A stretch of DNA of 64,000 nt, from contig JBHHYO010000004.1 of NCBI GenBank assembly GCA_046757665.1, positions 14,395 to 78,394 on the forward strand, in the 5' to 3' direction. Source of the DNA: Nitrospinales bacterium. Its GTDB lineage: Bacteria; Nitrospinota; Nitrospinia; Nitrospinales; JAJDAT01. How positions within the stretch are numbered: the stretch's first letter is position 1; every line of letters begins with the position of its first letter. A program made the translations under genes and the position numbers. This document shows positions 49,701 through 57,675 of this stretch, piece by piece. A model generated the notes under the pieces. That model was given only the letters and a program-made list of their open reading frames with translations, did not search any database and was not told where the DNA came from.

Positions 49701-52700
49701 CGGTAGAACAGATCGAGAAACTCCTCCCGGTTGGGAGGATTCCACATCCCCAGCAAAACGCCCGGATACCCCGTAAACGTCAAGCCTTGCAAAAGCAATG
49801 CGGTCGGCGACAACTCGCCGCCACCTTCCAACTTCAATGTGTTGAGGGCAATGAAATTCCCGCCCAGGGTGGTGCGGAAAAGCTCCCTCAAGCTCAACCG
49901 TTCAAAATGGTCTTCGTTGCGCGTCATGCTGATATAGGAATCCTCTGGAACCGCGCTCCTCAGCACAACCGGACTCTCGATATCCAGCACTCCATAATTT
50001 TGCCAATGGGTCCGGAAACGGTCCGACGCCCCCTCGCCGCCGGCAAGGTTTTGCGCCGCGGCAAAGGAGGGGCCGATGCCGGCAAAGGCTTTCTCCGGAA
50101 ACTCCACGGCCAGCAAACGGGAGTTATACAGATTTTTCCTGGCCTGGGAAAAATAATACTGTGAAAACGAAGAGAGAAACGCGATGGGAAGCGCTTCCAC
50201 CAACGGTCTTTGTTTGAAGCTCATTGCCGCCCACGGCAAAAACTCCAGGGGCCCGCCGGCAACAAGATAGAGAAATTTTGCCCGACCCAGCAACTTCTCG
50301 ACCGGCACCACGAACGTATTGGAGAGGTCGGCGATTTCCCGCGGCCCGATTTTGACGGCACCCGACGCCACCCGGGAAAGAAGTTTCAAAATTCCGGGAT
50401 CGCAGACGAATTTTCCGCCTCGGACTGACGAGCGGTCGATTGCCCAAATCAGAATCCGGTCATTGATCTTTTGATATTTCAAGACCAGGTCGCCCGGCCG
50501 CAACAAGGCCTGCATGGCCTGGGCATCCGGAACTTCCGGATAAAACAAGGAAGCCAGTTCCCGGTCATCCTCCCGCACAAGAGACACGAACTCCGCGTAC
50601 TCATCCAAAAGCGCCTGCAACCCATCCTCATCCAATTTCGGCTGGCCCTCCGACATTCCGTCAACCGCCTCTTTGATTTGGGCGGCAAGACTTTCAAGCT
50701 CCGCATAATAATCCTGTCGGGTCTCGTCCTGGAATTGCCGGGTTTTCAACGGCGGAGCCTGGCGCAGAGCGATCAAACTCCATTGCAGGCCCTTCTCGGA
50801 AAAATACATGGCCTCACGGTATTTCCGCCGGTCGAACATCTCACGGGTCAGTACCTGATAAAGCTCCGTCAACATGGCCCGGGAACTGGCATCGGCGGGC
50901 AACAGTCCATAAGGCAGGCGGGACAACTGCTTTTCCGCTTGCAAAAGCAAAGCCAACCGCTCGTCTCCATCCTTCTCCAGGGATTGCAGAAACTCAAACT
51001 GCCACCGGTACGGAAGGGGCTCGCGATTGCCGCTGGAAACTTTTTTATTGTTTTTGGACTTGCCGGGTTTCCGAGCCAAGGAGTTGGCCACCAAAAGGTT
51101 TTGCCGCAACGCCGCTTCCAGTTTGTCCTTTTCAGGACCCGGAGCCAGGTTCCCGGCCGCCGACAACGCCTGCTCAAAAAAACGCGCCGACTTTTTGCCG
51201 AACTTGTCGAATCCCTTGAAATAGAGATCCGATTCTTTTCGCAATTCCTTATAGGCGGCGAGAAAAGCTTCCACCGGCGGCCGGCCGGTTGTTTGTTTTC
51301 CACCAACCGCGGCTTGCCCGCCTTGCGAAAGCCGCGCCAGGTATTGATAAAAAATCCCCAGATAATTTCGCAGATAAACACCGTATTCCGGGTTGGGGAA
51401 GTTTCGGAACTTTTCCATTCGGGTCACTGCGTCCTCAAGCAGTTTAACGGTATTCTGGATTTCATCGCGCAACGGGCCAATGGGACGGGACTGGAGTTTG
51501 GCAAGGAGAACCCGGCCCATATTGGCGGCGTTCACCACGATCCCGCGCCGATTCCGCAATTGCCGGCTCGCGTCATAGGACAACCGGAAATAGCGCAGGC
51601 TGAAGTCGTAGTCGCCTTTTCGATAAGAAAAATTTCCGATCTGATTTTGTATCAGGGCCTTTTCCAGGAGAGCGGCGACATCTTTTTCGGGATCGAGATT
51701 ATCGGCGACTAAGTCGAGTTTCTTTTGGAAATAATCGACCGCCTTCCCATATTCCTTGAAATCGCCATAAATTTTTCCGATGTAGTGAAACGCCATTTTT
51801 TTCTCGCCCACCTCATCGAATCCGGAGGCGGCGGTGGAGGCGTTTTCACCCAACGGGGTTTCGACCTGAACATTAATCAGTCCATCCCCGGACTTTTTGT
51901 CCTTGCCGATCACGCCGAATTTCTCAAGGTTTTCCACCGCCCGGAAGTAATTGGCAAGCGCGTGGCTCATCGCCCTGGCATCCTCTCCGCCCTCCTGCCG
52001 GCTCAACCAGAACAGATTGTTGGCAATGTTCCGCATGGCCCGGGTCATGGACTTGTAATTGCCGGTTTTGCGGTGCAGGTCCATCGCCGCCGTAAAATGT
52101 TCCACGGCCCCGGCGTACTTTCTCTGATCCTGATAGGCCAGGGCGATGCGGTCGTTGAGCTCGGCCATCCGTTTCAATTCCTTGTTTGCCGAAACGATTT
52201 CCAACGCCTTTTGCAGTTGGCGCACAGCGGCGACAGAGTTTCCGGCCTTAAAAGCGCTTTCGCCGAACCGCTGATAAAAAACGGCGGCCCGTCTGGGATC
52301 GGCAAAGGCCAACTGCACTGCCGCCCTTTGTTTGTAATAGTGATAGGCGGTGGAAAAGTTTTTCAGCAGGTAATTGCCGTTACCCAGATTCAACAAAAGA
52401 TTGGCCTCGTTTTCCGGGTTCCGGTCCTCGTCGTTGAGCGCCAGGGCCGTTTGGTATTCCTGAAGAGCCCGTTCCAGATAATCCTCTTTTTTTTGCAGAG
52501 TTTCTTTTTGCTCAAACACCCAGCCGAGAGTCTGATGGAAATAAACATCCTGGGAATTGACCGACAACGCCTGGCCGATCTCTTTTTCCGCCTCATCCAG
52601 GCCGGGCGGATTCAGGTACGTGTAGGCCAGGCCCAGGGCGTAATGATCCGCCGCCGAGCCGCCGTTTTTTCCCAAACGGCTTTTATAAAATCGAATGGCA

Positions 52701-54808
52701 TCGTCGATCTTCCCCAGCGCCGCGCCGGCCTGCACGTAGCCCCGGTGCGCCTCTATGGTTTCGGGGCTGAAAGCGATCAGTTTGAGGAAACTTTTCAACG
52801 CCAGCTTGGTCTCCCCCACCTTGAGTTCCCATTTGCCTTTTTCAATGGATTTGCGAATATACCCGGCGCGGGCTTTTTGCCGGCTCGCTTTTAACTCCTC
52901 CGATTCCCCGGCGGCGGCAATCTCCTGGTAGTAGGACAGAGACTTTTCAAAGTTTTCTTCCTCGGAGTAAATGTTGGCGAGCGCAAACTGGGCCTTGAAT
53001 TTTTCGGAAACCACATCCGGAAAACGCTTGATGGTTTGTTGATAGGCTTCCTTGGCCAGGAGGTTTTCGCTGGCCCGGTAATATAATTCTCCGATGCGGT
53101 TTTGCAGAGCCGCGGCCAACGCAGGCGCTTTCTCGTATTTCACGGAAAGAGCTCGCAGTTCGGACACCTTGTCCTCCAGGACAGGTTGTTTTTCAAACAA
53201 GGCGAATATTTCCCGGATAGCCTTTTGCCGCCAAACCTCAACGTCGTAGTAATCCCGAACAACCCGCACAAAAGCCAGAACCAGATTGTCGTGGTCCCCG
53301 ACCGTGGTATAAATTTTACTTTGGGACCAGGCCGCCTCCGCGGCGATATTCCGCTGTCGGGGATATTCGGCGATAACCTTTTTGTAAAAATTCAAAGCCC
53401 GGTTCAACTCCTCCAGTTCAAAACTCACGTTGCCCATTTCCAGATAGGCGCGGGCGGCAACGCCGGGTTCTTCATGGCCTGTCAGAGTTTCAAGAGGTTT
53501 CAGGATTTTCCGGATTTCCCGCCGGTAAACCGATTTCCCCGATTTTTTTGATTTCGCCGCCTGCAACAGCAACAGATCAATCTCCGCGAGACCCCGGTAA
53601 AGCGGATCGCCGGGCGCTTCCTTCAACAAAGCGTTGAAAATCTTTTCCGCGAAATTAGAGTGCCCCATCCGCAGATGCCCTTGCGCCAGCCGGTAATGAG
53701 CGCGGGCGATCCCCTCCTCGCCGCTGAAATTTTCGACCAGATTGGTATACGCCAACAAACAACGGTAGGAAACGGTTTGAAGGCCGGGGCACAAAGCCTC
53801 GGTCTTTTTCAGGGCGGCGGCATAATCGCCGGGCAGGGGAAACAATCCTTGGGCGGGAAGCTCCCAGATGTCGCTATTGGTTTTTCGGTCGGAAGTGAAA
53901 ATAAGTTTCCCGCGAGCGCTCGCAGGGAAAAGATCGTACGTGGAGCTGTCGGTCAATTGCCGCAATTTCCCCGCTCCATTCACCCATTCCAAACTCCAGA
54001 TATTGGCGCGGTCCTCGATCGTCAGCCGCCCATCCCCATTGGTGTCATCCCGGTAACGGACAAAATAAATCCGTTTTCCGTCCACGGACCAGGCGGGAGA
54101 GACATCGATATCATCACCCCGCGTGACTTGCGCGAGGCCACTGCCTTGCAAATCCTGAACCCACAACGAACCGCTGGGGTCGTCTTTTTTGGAGACAAAA
54201 GCCAGATAGCGGCCGTCCGGCGAAACCGCCCCGTTGAAACCCTCCATGGGCGATACCGGAGTTTTGGACTTGCCCTTAACGCCGATTTTGTAAATCTTCT
54301 TGAAATTGCCATTTGCGGCGAGTGAGGAGAAAAAAACGAATTTCCCGTCTGCCGACCATGCCGGATCGCTTTCGGAGGACCCGGCGCCGGTCAGGCGGAC
54401 GGTTTCCGGCTCCCCGTCGGTTGCCTGGCCATCCAGCCGGAGCAGGTACAAGTCGCCCTTGGCGTCGGAGCGATGCGAAATAAACGCCACCCACTTGCCG
54501 TCCGGACTCAAGGTGGGGGTGGTGTCGGCGGCGCTGTGAAACGTCAATCGCCGGTCGGGCGCACCGGGTCCCGGCCCCAGGCGTTTCCACCACAAGTCAA
54601 GGTTGCCCGACCGGTCGGAAACGTAAACCATGAACGAACCGTCTCCGGCAACCGCCGGAGCAAAATCCTCGCCGGGGTTGGTGGTGAGTTGAACCGGACG
54701 GTTGAACCCATCCTCCGCCCAGATATCGCCCGCCAAAGGGCCGGATAGAGCCAGCGGCGCCAGGACGATCACCATCAATAACCACATGCGTTTGCCTGCA
54801 ACCTTCAT
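46718..54808 (-). CDS. Giant multidomain protein (about 2,696 aa from ATG 54808): signal peptide, PD40/TolB-like beta-propeller, TPR array, degenerate CHAT-like domain, TPR array, CHAT peptidase domain
   Basis: A single uninterrupted ORF. The track start is TTG 54853; ATG 54808 gives MKVAGKRMWLLMVIVLAPLALSGPLAGDIWA. PD40 repeats include SPDGKWVAFISHRSD, SADGKFVFFSS, SPDGRYLAFVS and SVDGKRIYFV. There are dozens of TPR-like helices. The C-terminal CHAT dyad is IIHIASHGEF / LVTLSACQTG. Confidence 0.85.
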   Translation of the reverse strand: MKVAGKRMWLLMVIVLAPLALSGPLAGDIWAEDGFNRPVQLTTNPGEDFAPAVAGDGSFMVYVSDRSGNLDLWWKRLGPGPGAPDRRLTFHSAADTTPTLSPDGKWVAFISHRSDAKGDLYLLRLDGQATDGEPETVRLTGAGSSESDPAWSADGKFVFFSSLAANGNFKKIYKIGVKGKSKTPVSPMEGFNGAVSPDGRYLAFVSKKDDPSGSLWVQDLQGSGLAQVTRGDDIDVSPAWSVDGKRIYFVRYRDDTNGDGRLTIEDRANIWSLEWVNGAGKLRQLTDSSTYDLFPASARGKLIFTSDRKTNSDIWELPAQGLFPLPGDYAAALKKTEALCPGLQTVSYRCLLAYTNLVENFSGEEGIARAHYRLAQGHLRMGHSNFAEKIFNALLKEAPGDPLYRGLAEIDLLLLQAAKSKKSGKSVYRREIRKILKPLETLTGHEEPGVAARAYLEMGNVSFELEELNRALNFYKKVIAEYPRQRNIAAEAAWSQSKIYTTVGDHDNLVLAFVRVVRDYYDVEVWRQKAIREIFALFEKQPVLEDKVSELRALSVKYEKAPALAAALQNRIGELYYRASENLLAKEAYQQTIKRFPDVVSEKFKAQFALANIYSEEENFEKSLSYYQEIAAAGESEELKASRQKARAGYIRKSIEKGKWELKVGETKLALKSFLKLIAFSPETIEAHRGYVQAGAALGKIDDAIRFYKSRLGKNGGSAADHYALGLAYTYLNPPGLDEAEKEIGQALSVNSQDVYFHQTLGWVFEQKETLQKKEDYLERALQEYQTALALNDEDRNPENEANLLLNLGNGNYLLKNFSTAYHYYKQRAAVQLAFADPRRAAVFYQRFGESAFKAGNSVAAVRQLQKALEIVSANKELKRMAELNDRIALAYQDQRKYAGAVEHFTAAMDLHRKTGNYKSMTRAMRNIANNLFWLSRQEGGEDARAMSHALANYFRAVENLEKFGVIGKDKKSGDGLINVQVETPLGENASTAASGFDEVGEKKMAFHYIGKIYGDFKEYGKAVDYFQKKLDLVADNLDPEKDVAALLEKALIQNQIGNFSYRKGDYDFSLRYFRLSYDASRQLRNRRGIVVNAANMGRVLLAKLQSRPIGPLRDEIQNTVKLLEDAVTRMEKFRNFPNPEYGVYLRNYLGIFYQYLARLSQGGQAAVGGKQTTGRPPVEAFLAAYKELRKESDLYFKGFDKFGKKSARFFEQALSAAGNLAPGPEKDKLEAALRQNLLVANSLARKPGKSKNNKKVSSGNREPLPYRWQFEFLQSLEKDGDERLALLLQAEKQLSRLPYGLLPADASSRAMLTELYQVLTREMFDRRKYREAMYFSEKGLQWSLIALRQAPPLKTRQFQDETRQDYYAELESLAAQIKEAVDGMSEGQPKLDEDGLQALLDEYAEFVSLVREDDRELASLFYPEVPDAQAMQALLRPGDLVLKYQKINDRILIWAIDRSSVRGGKFVCDPGILKLLSRVASGAVKIGPREIADLSNTFVVPVEKLLGRAKFLYLVAGGPLEFLPWAAMSFKQRPLVEALPIAFLSSFSQYYFSQARKNLYNSRLLAVEFPEKAFAGIGPSFAAAQNLAGGEGASDRFRTHWQNYGVLDIESPVVLRSAVPEDSYISMTRNEDHFERLSLRELFRTTLGGNFIALNTLKLEGGGELSPTALLLQGLTFTGYPGVLLGMWNPPNREEFLDLFYRDFRKGNPAESLRRAQVELARRHPGSYGWARYRFYGFPGMTEHEKQIFAQAHFDANVTNGLQAFSEKRWESSINSFEKALSLIGFLPEKKFQQEIYKTLALGAYNLKDYPAAIKYQLELVRLAEQADDPEQLAQAVYFLGILHSRAEQYPRAVELLQKALSIYQEYELLDRLAESYSTLGIVEENALDYGKALQAFNASLKINEEIGEDLNKGRELRRIGRIYYLRLANYDEARKYFAEANKLFQELDQTDQIAETLLELGLVTEKQGDFDRALALYRQAQSLAEVHDLQLGLSKSLLYQGNSYWYQGNYQNAFRMQKRSLEIAEAIGDKRQQTFIHNTLGLIYWTLNDSERALRSLHKSLDLAREINSLLDIATAFNNIGLIYRKDKQYGKAIEFFNKALERDIRLKSKWGQGYTHRNLGISYLRMGRLDQAENHIKQAVGLSRAIGNRTNEVKSMLELGNLALKRKQCAAAIAVFRKTETLAAALGIPEVRWRALRGQGMCLAQTGRPDEAVAAYKKAVDTVEKMRAAIKIEEFQNGFLTDKQDVYKELILLLLDQGKNEESFSFAERAKSRSFIDLLGNNKINLKNEVSQKLYDRLIRQKNKIRKLEEALGRSGDGDKTRQLSAQLVAERDRYRDFLIDAKEQSPQISSFIAVESIGLKQLQGLLEINVALVEYLVTKDELVAWVVKKDGLAVARTQVSEQDLARVVKDYRKRMQQSAPMDDTSARLYAWVIKPIEEHIRGTRILGLIPNGILHYVSFASLKGDGGYLVEQHPLFYSPSASVLQYTFARKFDKSKIVKVLAVGNPDLGSLNYDLPLAELEARSIKWDFPQIDLLTGDKARESWIKEHINDYQIIHIASHGEFDAVNPLFSALKLTRDESDDGNFEVNEVFAVNVNADLVTLSACQTGLGKIVGGDELVGLNRAFIYAGTHAILSSLWRVSDISTAILVKHFYRIYAREEKAESLRKAQLLVKKLYPHPSYWAGFNLTGDYR
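46721..47690 (-). other. C-terminal CHAT (caspase-like) peptidase domain with an intact dyad
   Basis: The His codon is at 47117-47119 (IASHGEF) and the Cys codon at 46982-46984 (LSACQTG). The C-terminal motif is AFIYAGTHAILSSLWRVSD. Confidence 0.75.
49583..50500 (-). other. Internal CHAT-like domain lacking the catalytic His/Cys (track residues about 1452-1757)
   Basis: It aligns by eye to the C-terminal CHAT domain. QNYGVLDIESPVVL aligns with NDYQIIHIASHGEF, giving His->Pro at 49970-49972. GNFIALNTLKLEGG aligns with ADLVTLSACQTGLG, giving Cys->Leu at 49835-49837. The spacing is 45 residues in both copies. Confidence 0.65.
53855..54700 (-). other. PD40 (TolB-like) beta-propeller region of the giant protein (track residues about 52-333)
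   Basis: At least six repeats of the form (S/D)P-x-x-S-x-DG-k-x-i-x-F-x-S, each followed by (D/N)-(L/I)-(W/Y). Confidence 0.7.
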
Positions 54809-54913
54809 GGGCAGTCGAGTCCAACAAGAGGAAAACGGTTTTATGCTATTCAATATTATACCTTAATCTCCAGGGCGAAAAGCGCCGCCCGGAAATCCTG
54901 CTTCAACATTTCC

Positions 54914-54942
54914 TTGAAAAAAAAATGGAAATGTTCTACAAA
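54914..54942 (+). promoter_or_regulatory. Candidate sigma70 promoter for nuoN (TTGAAA-N17-TACAAA)
   Basis: The -35 is at 54914-54919 and the -10 at 54937-54942, about 70 nt upstream of the nuoN ATG, in the divergent intergenic region. Confidence 0.3.
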
Positions 54943-55012
54943 GCTTCAACAAAGGCGGAGAATCCAGCAACCACGCTAAAACCCCATTTCAGACCGCCGG
55001 TATTTTGAACTC

Positions 55013-56539
55013 ATGAAAGCTTTCATCCATTTTGAGGACATGAACTGGATTGCGCTGGTGCCGGAGATCATTATTCTTCTCACGGCGTTGTCCATTTTAT
55101 TGTTGGGGTTGAGGAAAACGTTCGACTCCAACGGGTTTCTGTCCAAAGCGGCGTTGATCGGAATTGGCACGGCGCTACCGGCGTCGATTTACTTGTGGAG
55201 CATCGCGCCTCATGCAGGCATGGACGCCGACCCGGGAATTTTCAGCCAGGCATTGATCAATGATCGTTTTTCGCAAAGTTTCAATGTCATTTTCCTGTTC
55301 ATGGCTCTGTTTCCCATATCCAGCGCCATCCGTTATCCCAAACCCGACCATGAAAACAAACCGGAATATTTCGCACTGGTTTTAATGGCGGTGGCGGGAA
55401 TGATGTTTCTCGCCAAGGCGGGAAACATGATCACCGCTTTCGTCGCCCTGGAATTGTTTTCTTTCGCGCTTTACATTTTGTGCGGATTTTCCGCCAAGCA
55501 CGGCACGGGACTGGAAGGACCAAGCGACGACGTCCCACTGGCCTGGGAATGCAGGATTTCCCAGGAATCCACCGTAAAATATTTGCTGACCGGCGCTTTT
55601 GCTTCCGCAATACTGGTTTACGGGATGGCCCTGATTTATGCGGGAACCGGGACTACTGAGATCCGTCTTCTCGGCCAGTTGTTGCGGGAAAACTCATACA
55701 GTAGCAACATTCTGGTGTATATCGGCATGGCGCTGTTGTTTTCCGGTCTCGCTTTCAAAGTGTCGCTGGTTCCCTTCCATGCCTGGACGCCGGACGTCTA
55801 TCACGGCGCGCCCACATCGATCACGGGTTTCATGTCGGTTGCCACCAAGGCCGCGGCGTTCGCCTTCATGGTCCGGGTGTTTTTCATCTCCTTGCCGGAA
55901 ATTCATGAAGTCTGGACGCCCTTTCTTTTCGGCATCTCGGTCATCACCATGCTCGCAGGCAATACCGCGGCGATCTTTCAAGACAATATGAAGCGTATGT
56001 TGGCTTATTCCGGAGTGGCGCACGCCGGGTATTTTTTAATCGGCATCGTAACCAACACGCAGGAGGGCGTGGCCGGTATCCTGTTTTACCTGGGCGTTTA
56101 CCTGTTCATGAACGTCGGCGCATTCGCCGTCGTCTACATCATGGAAGGGGAAGGTGAGGAAGCAAACTCTATTTACCGCTTTAAGGGGCTGGCCAAACGC
56201 AAACCCTTGCTCGCCGCCACCATGAGCTTGTTCATGGTATCCCTGGCCGGATTCCCCCCCACCGCCGGCTTTTTCGGAAAATTTTACCTTTTTGTTTCCG
56301 CCATTAAACAGGGATACGTCCTCATCACCATATTGGCGGTCATCGCCAGCATGATCGCCGTTTACTTTTATCTGCGCGTTATCGTGATGATGTATTTCCA
56401 GGACGAAGCGGGGTCAGAAACCATCAGCATCAACGGCGGCATGGGGGCGCTGGTCGCCGTAAGCTCTCTCGCAATCATTCTCATCGGGTTTTTCCCTTCC
56501 ATGCTCATGCAAATGGCGCTCGATTCCATTCCCTTTTAG
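55013..56539 (+). CDS. nuoN: NADH-quinone oxidoreductase subunit N, detached from nuoA-M
   Basis: 508 aa polytopic protein. Motifs LVPFHAWTPDVYHGAPTSITGFMSVATKAAAFAFMVRVF and KRMLAYSGVAHAGY are typical of NuoN/ND2. An alternative start at 55040 (MNWIALVPEI) is possible. Confidence 0.88.
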   Translation: MKAFIHFEDMNWIALVPEIIILLTALSILLLGLRKTFDSNGFLSKAALIGIGTALPASIYLWSIAPHAGMDADPGIFSQALINDRFSQSFNVIFLFMALFPISSAIRYPKPDHENKPEYFALVLMAVAGMMFLAKAGNMITAFVALELFSFALYILCGFSAKHGTGLEGPSDDVPLAWECRISQESTVKYLLTGAFASAILVYGMALIYAGTGTTEIRLLGQLLRENSYSSNILVYIGMALLFSGLAFKVSLVPFHAWTPDVYHGAPTSITGFMSVATKAAAFAFMVRVFFISLPEIHEVWTPFLFGISVITMLAGNTAAIFQDNMKRMLAYSGVAHAGYFLIGIVTNTQEGVAGILFYLGVYLFMNVGAFAVVYIMEGEGEEANSIYRFKGLAKRKPLLAATMSLFMVSLAGFPPTAGFFGKFYLFVSAIKQGYVLITILAVIASMIAVYFYLRVIVMMYFQDEAGSETISINGGMGALVAVSSLAIILIGFFPSMLMQMALDSIPF

Positions 56540-56545
56540 CAAACG

Positions 56546-57223
56546 TTGCCCCCCCTGGATGGAAACGAGGTACAAGCCTTAAAAAAATCCCGCGTTCCGC
56601 GGAGGTCTGCCGTGAAAATCATTTCGGCTGAATTCATCATCAGCGCCGTGTCCGCCAGGCAGTACCCGCCCGGCGCCCTTCCGGAGTTTGCTTTTGTCGG
56701 CCGGTCCAATGTGGGCAAATCCTCCCTGATCAATTCCCTGGTGCGCCGCAAAAAGCTGGTTAAAACCAGCGCCACCCCGGGCAAAACGCAGATGATCAAT
56801 TTCTTTCGCATCAACGATCTGATGATATTCGCCGACCTTCCCGGCTACGGCTACGCCAAGGTTCCGGCGGCTGTCAAAAGGAAATGGAAAAAGCTGGTCG
56901 AACATTACCTGTTGAACCGCGAAACTCTGATAGCCGTTATTTTCATCATCGACATCAGGCGCGGGTTCACCGATTTGGACCTCGATTTAAAAGACTGGCT
57001 CGAGGCAAGCGGAATCGACTATATCCCGGCGGTGACAAAATCGGACAAACTTTCACAGAGAGAACGGAGCAAGCAGTTGAAAAAGATTGCCGAGGCTCTG
57101 CCGCCGGAGGTTTCCGCGGAGATTACACCGTATTCAAGCAAAACCCATAGGGGGAGAAAGGAACTCTGGCGGCAGATTAAGGACCGCATCCAACACGCCG
57201 CCACCGCGCGCAAACCGGGCTAA
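56546..57223 (+). CDS. engB: Ribosome-biogenesis GTPase EngB/YsxC
   Basis: G1 GRSNVGKSSLIN, G3 DLPGYGYA, G4 TKSDK. The start may instead be the GTG at 56612. Confidence 0.88.
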   Translation: MPPLDGNEVQALKKSRVPRRSAVKIISAEFIISAVSARQYPPGALPEFAFVGRSNVGKSSLINSLVRRKKLVKTSATPGKTQMINFFRINDLMIFADLPGYGYAKVPAAVKRKWKKLVEHYLLNRETLIAVIFIIDIRRGFTDLDLDLKDWLEASGIDYIPAVTKSDKLSQRERSKQLKKIAEALPPEVSAEITPYSSKTHRGRKELWRQIKDRIQHAATARKPG

Positions 57224-57305
57224 ACAAGACGGCGGAAATTCTTCCGCGAAAGACCGTCCGAAACCCGAAGAAAGTTTCAGGAGGGACAACGGTGGATACG
57301 ATACG

Positions 57306-57632
57306 CTATCCCCAGAGTTCGGCAGGGACTTCCAACCGCTCCACTTTTTTGCCTTGCACAATATGCTGTTCAAGGATTTCTTCGACGTCTTCCGGCTTGA
57401 CTTTGTTGTACCAGACACCGTCGGGATAAACGATCACCACGGGCCCCATGGAGCATGGTCCCAAACAGGACGTGGAAGAAAGGATGGCTTTTTCAAACAA
57501 CATCTTCGATTCGATGCCCATGGAGAACTTTTCCAACAGGGCCTGCGCACCGCTCTCCCCGCAGGAGCCCCTGGGATGTCCCGGAGGACGCTGATTGACA
57601 CAAACGAGAATATGATAAGATGGTTTCGGCAT
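57306..57632 (-). CDS. Thioredoxin-like [2Fe-2S] ferredoxin
   Basis: 108 aa. Cys ligand pattern: HILVCVNQR...GSCG...TSCLGPCSMGP. Confidence 0.8.
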   Translation of the reverse strand: MPKPSYHILVCVNQRPPGHPRGSCGESGAQALLEKFSMGIESKMLFEKAILSSTSCLGPCSMGPVVIVYPDGVWYNKVKPEDVEEILEQHIVQGKKVERLEVPAELWG

Positions 57633-57675
57633 GATTTCTCCTTCGATAAATTTAATAGCGCTTGAACCCTTTTAG

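Noticed and set aside
47819-52894. Four plus-strand ORFs of 310-413 aa (47819-48814, 49232-50164, 50471-51712, 51725-52894) antisense to the giant gene.
   Set aside because: They are the mirror frames of a TPR-rich gene, and their L/R/Q/F-rich repeats reflect the complement of A/L/E/K codons. The minus frame is open for 8.1 kb with coherent domains.
57232-57247. The hairpin GCGGAA-attc-TTCCGC between convergent engB and the ferredoxin gene, considered as a terminator.
   Set aside because: The 6-bp stem is perfect but there is no U-run on either strand. It is too weak to call as a feature.
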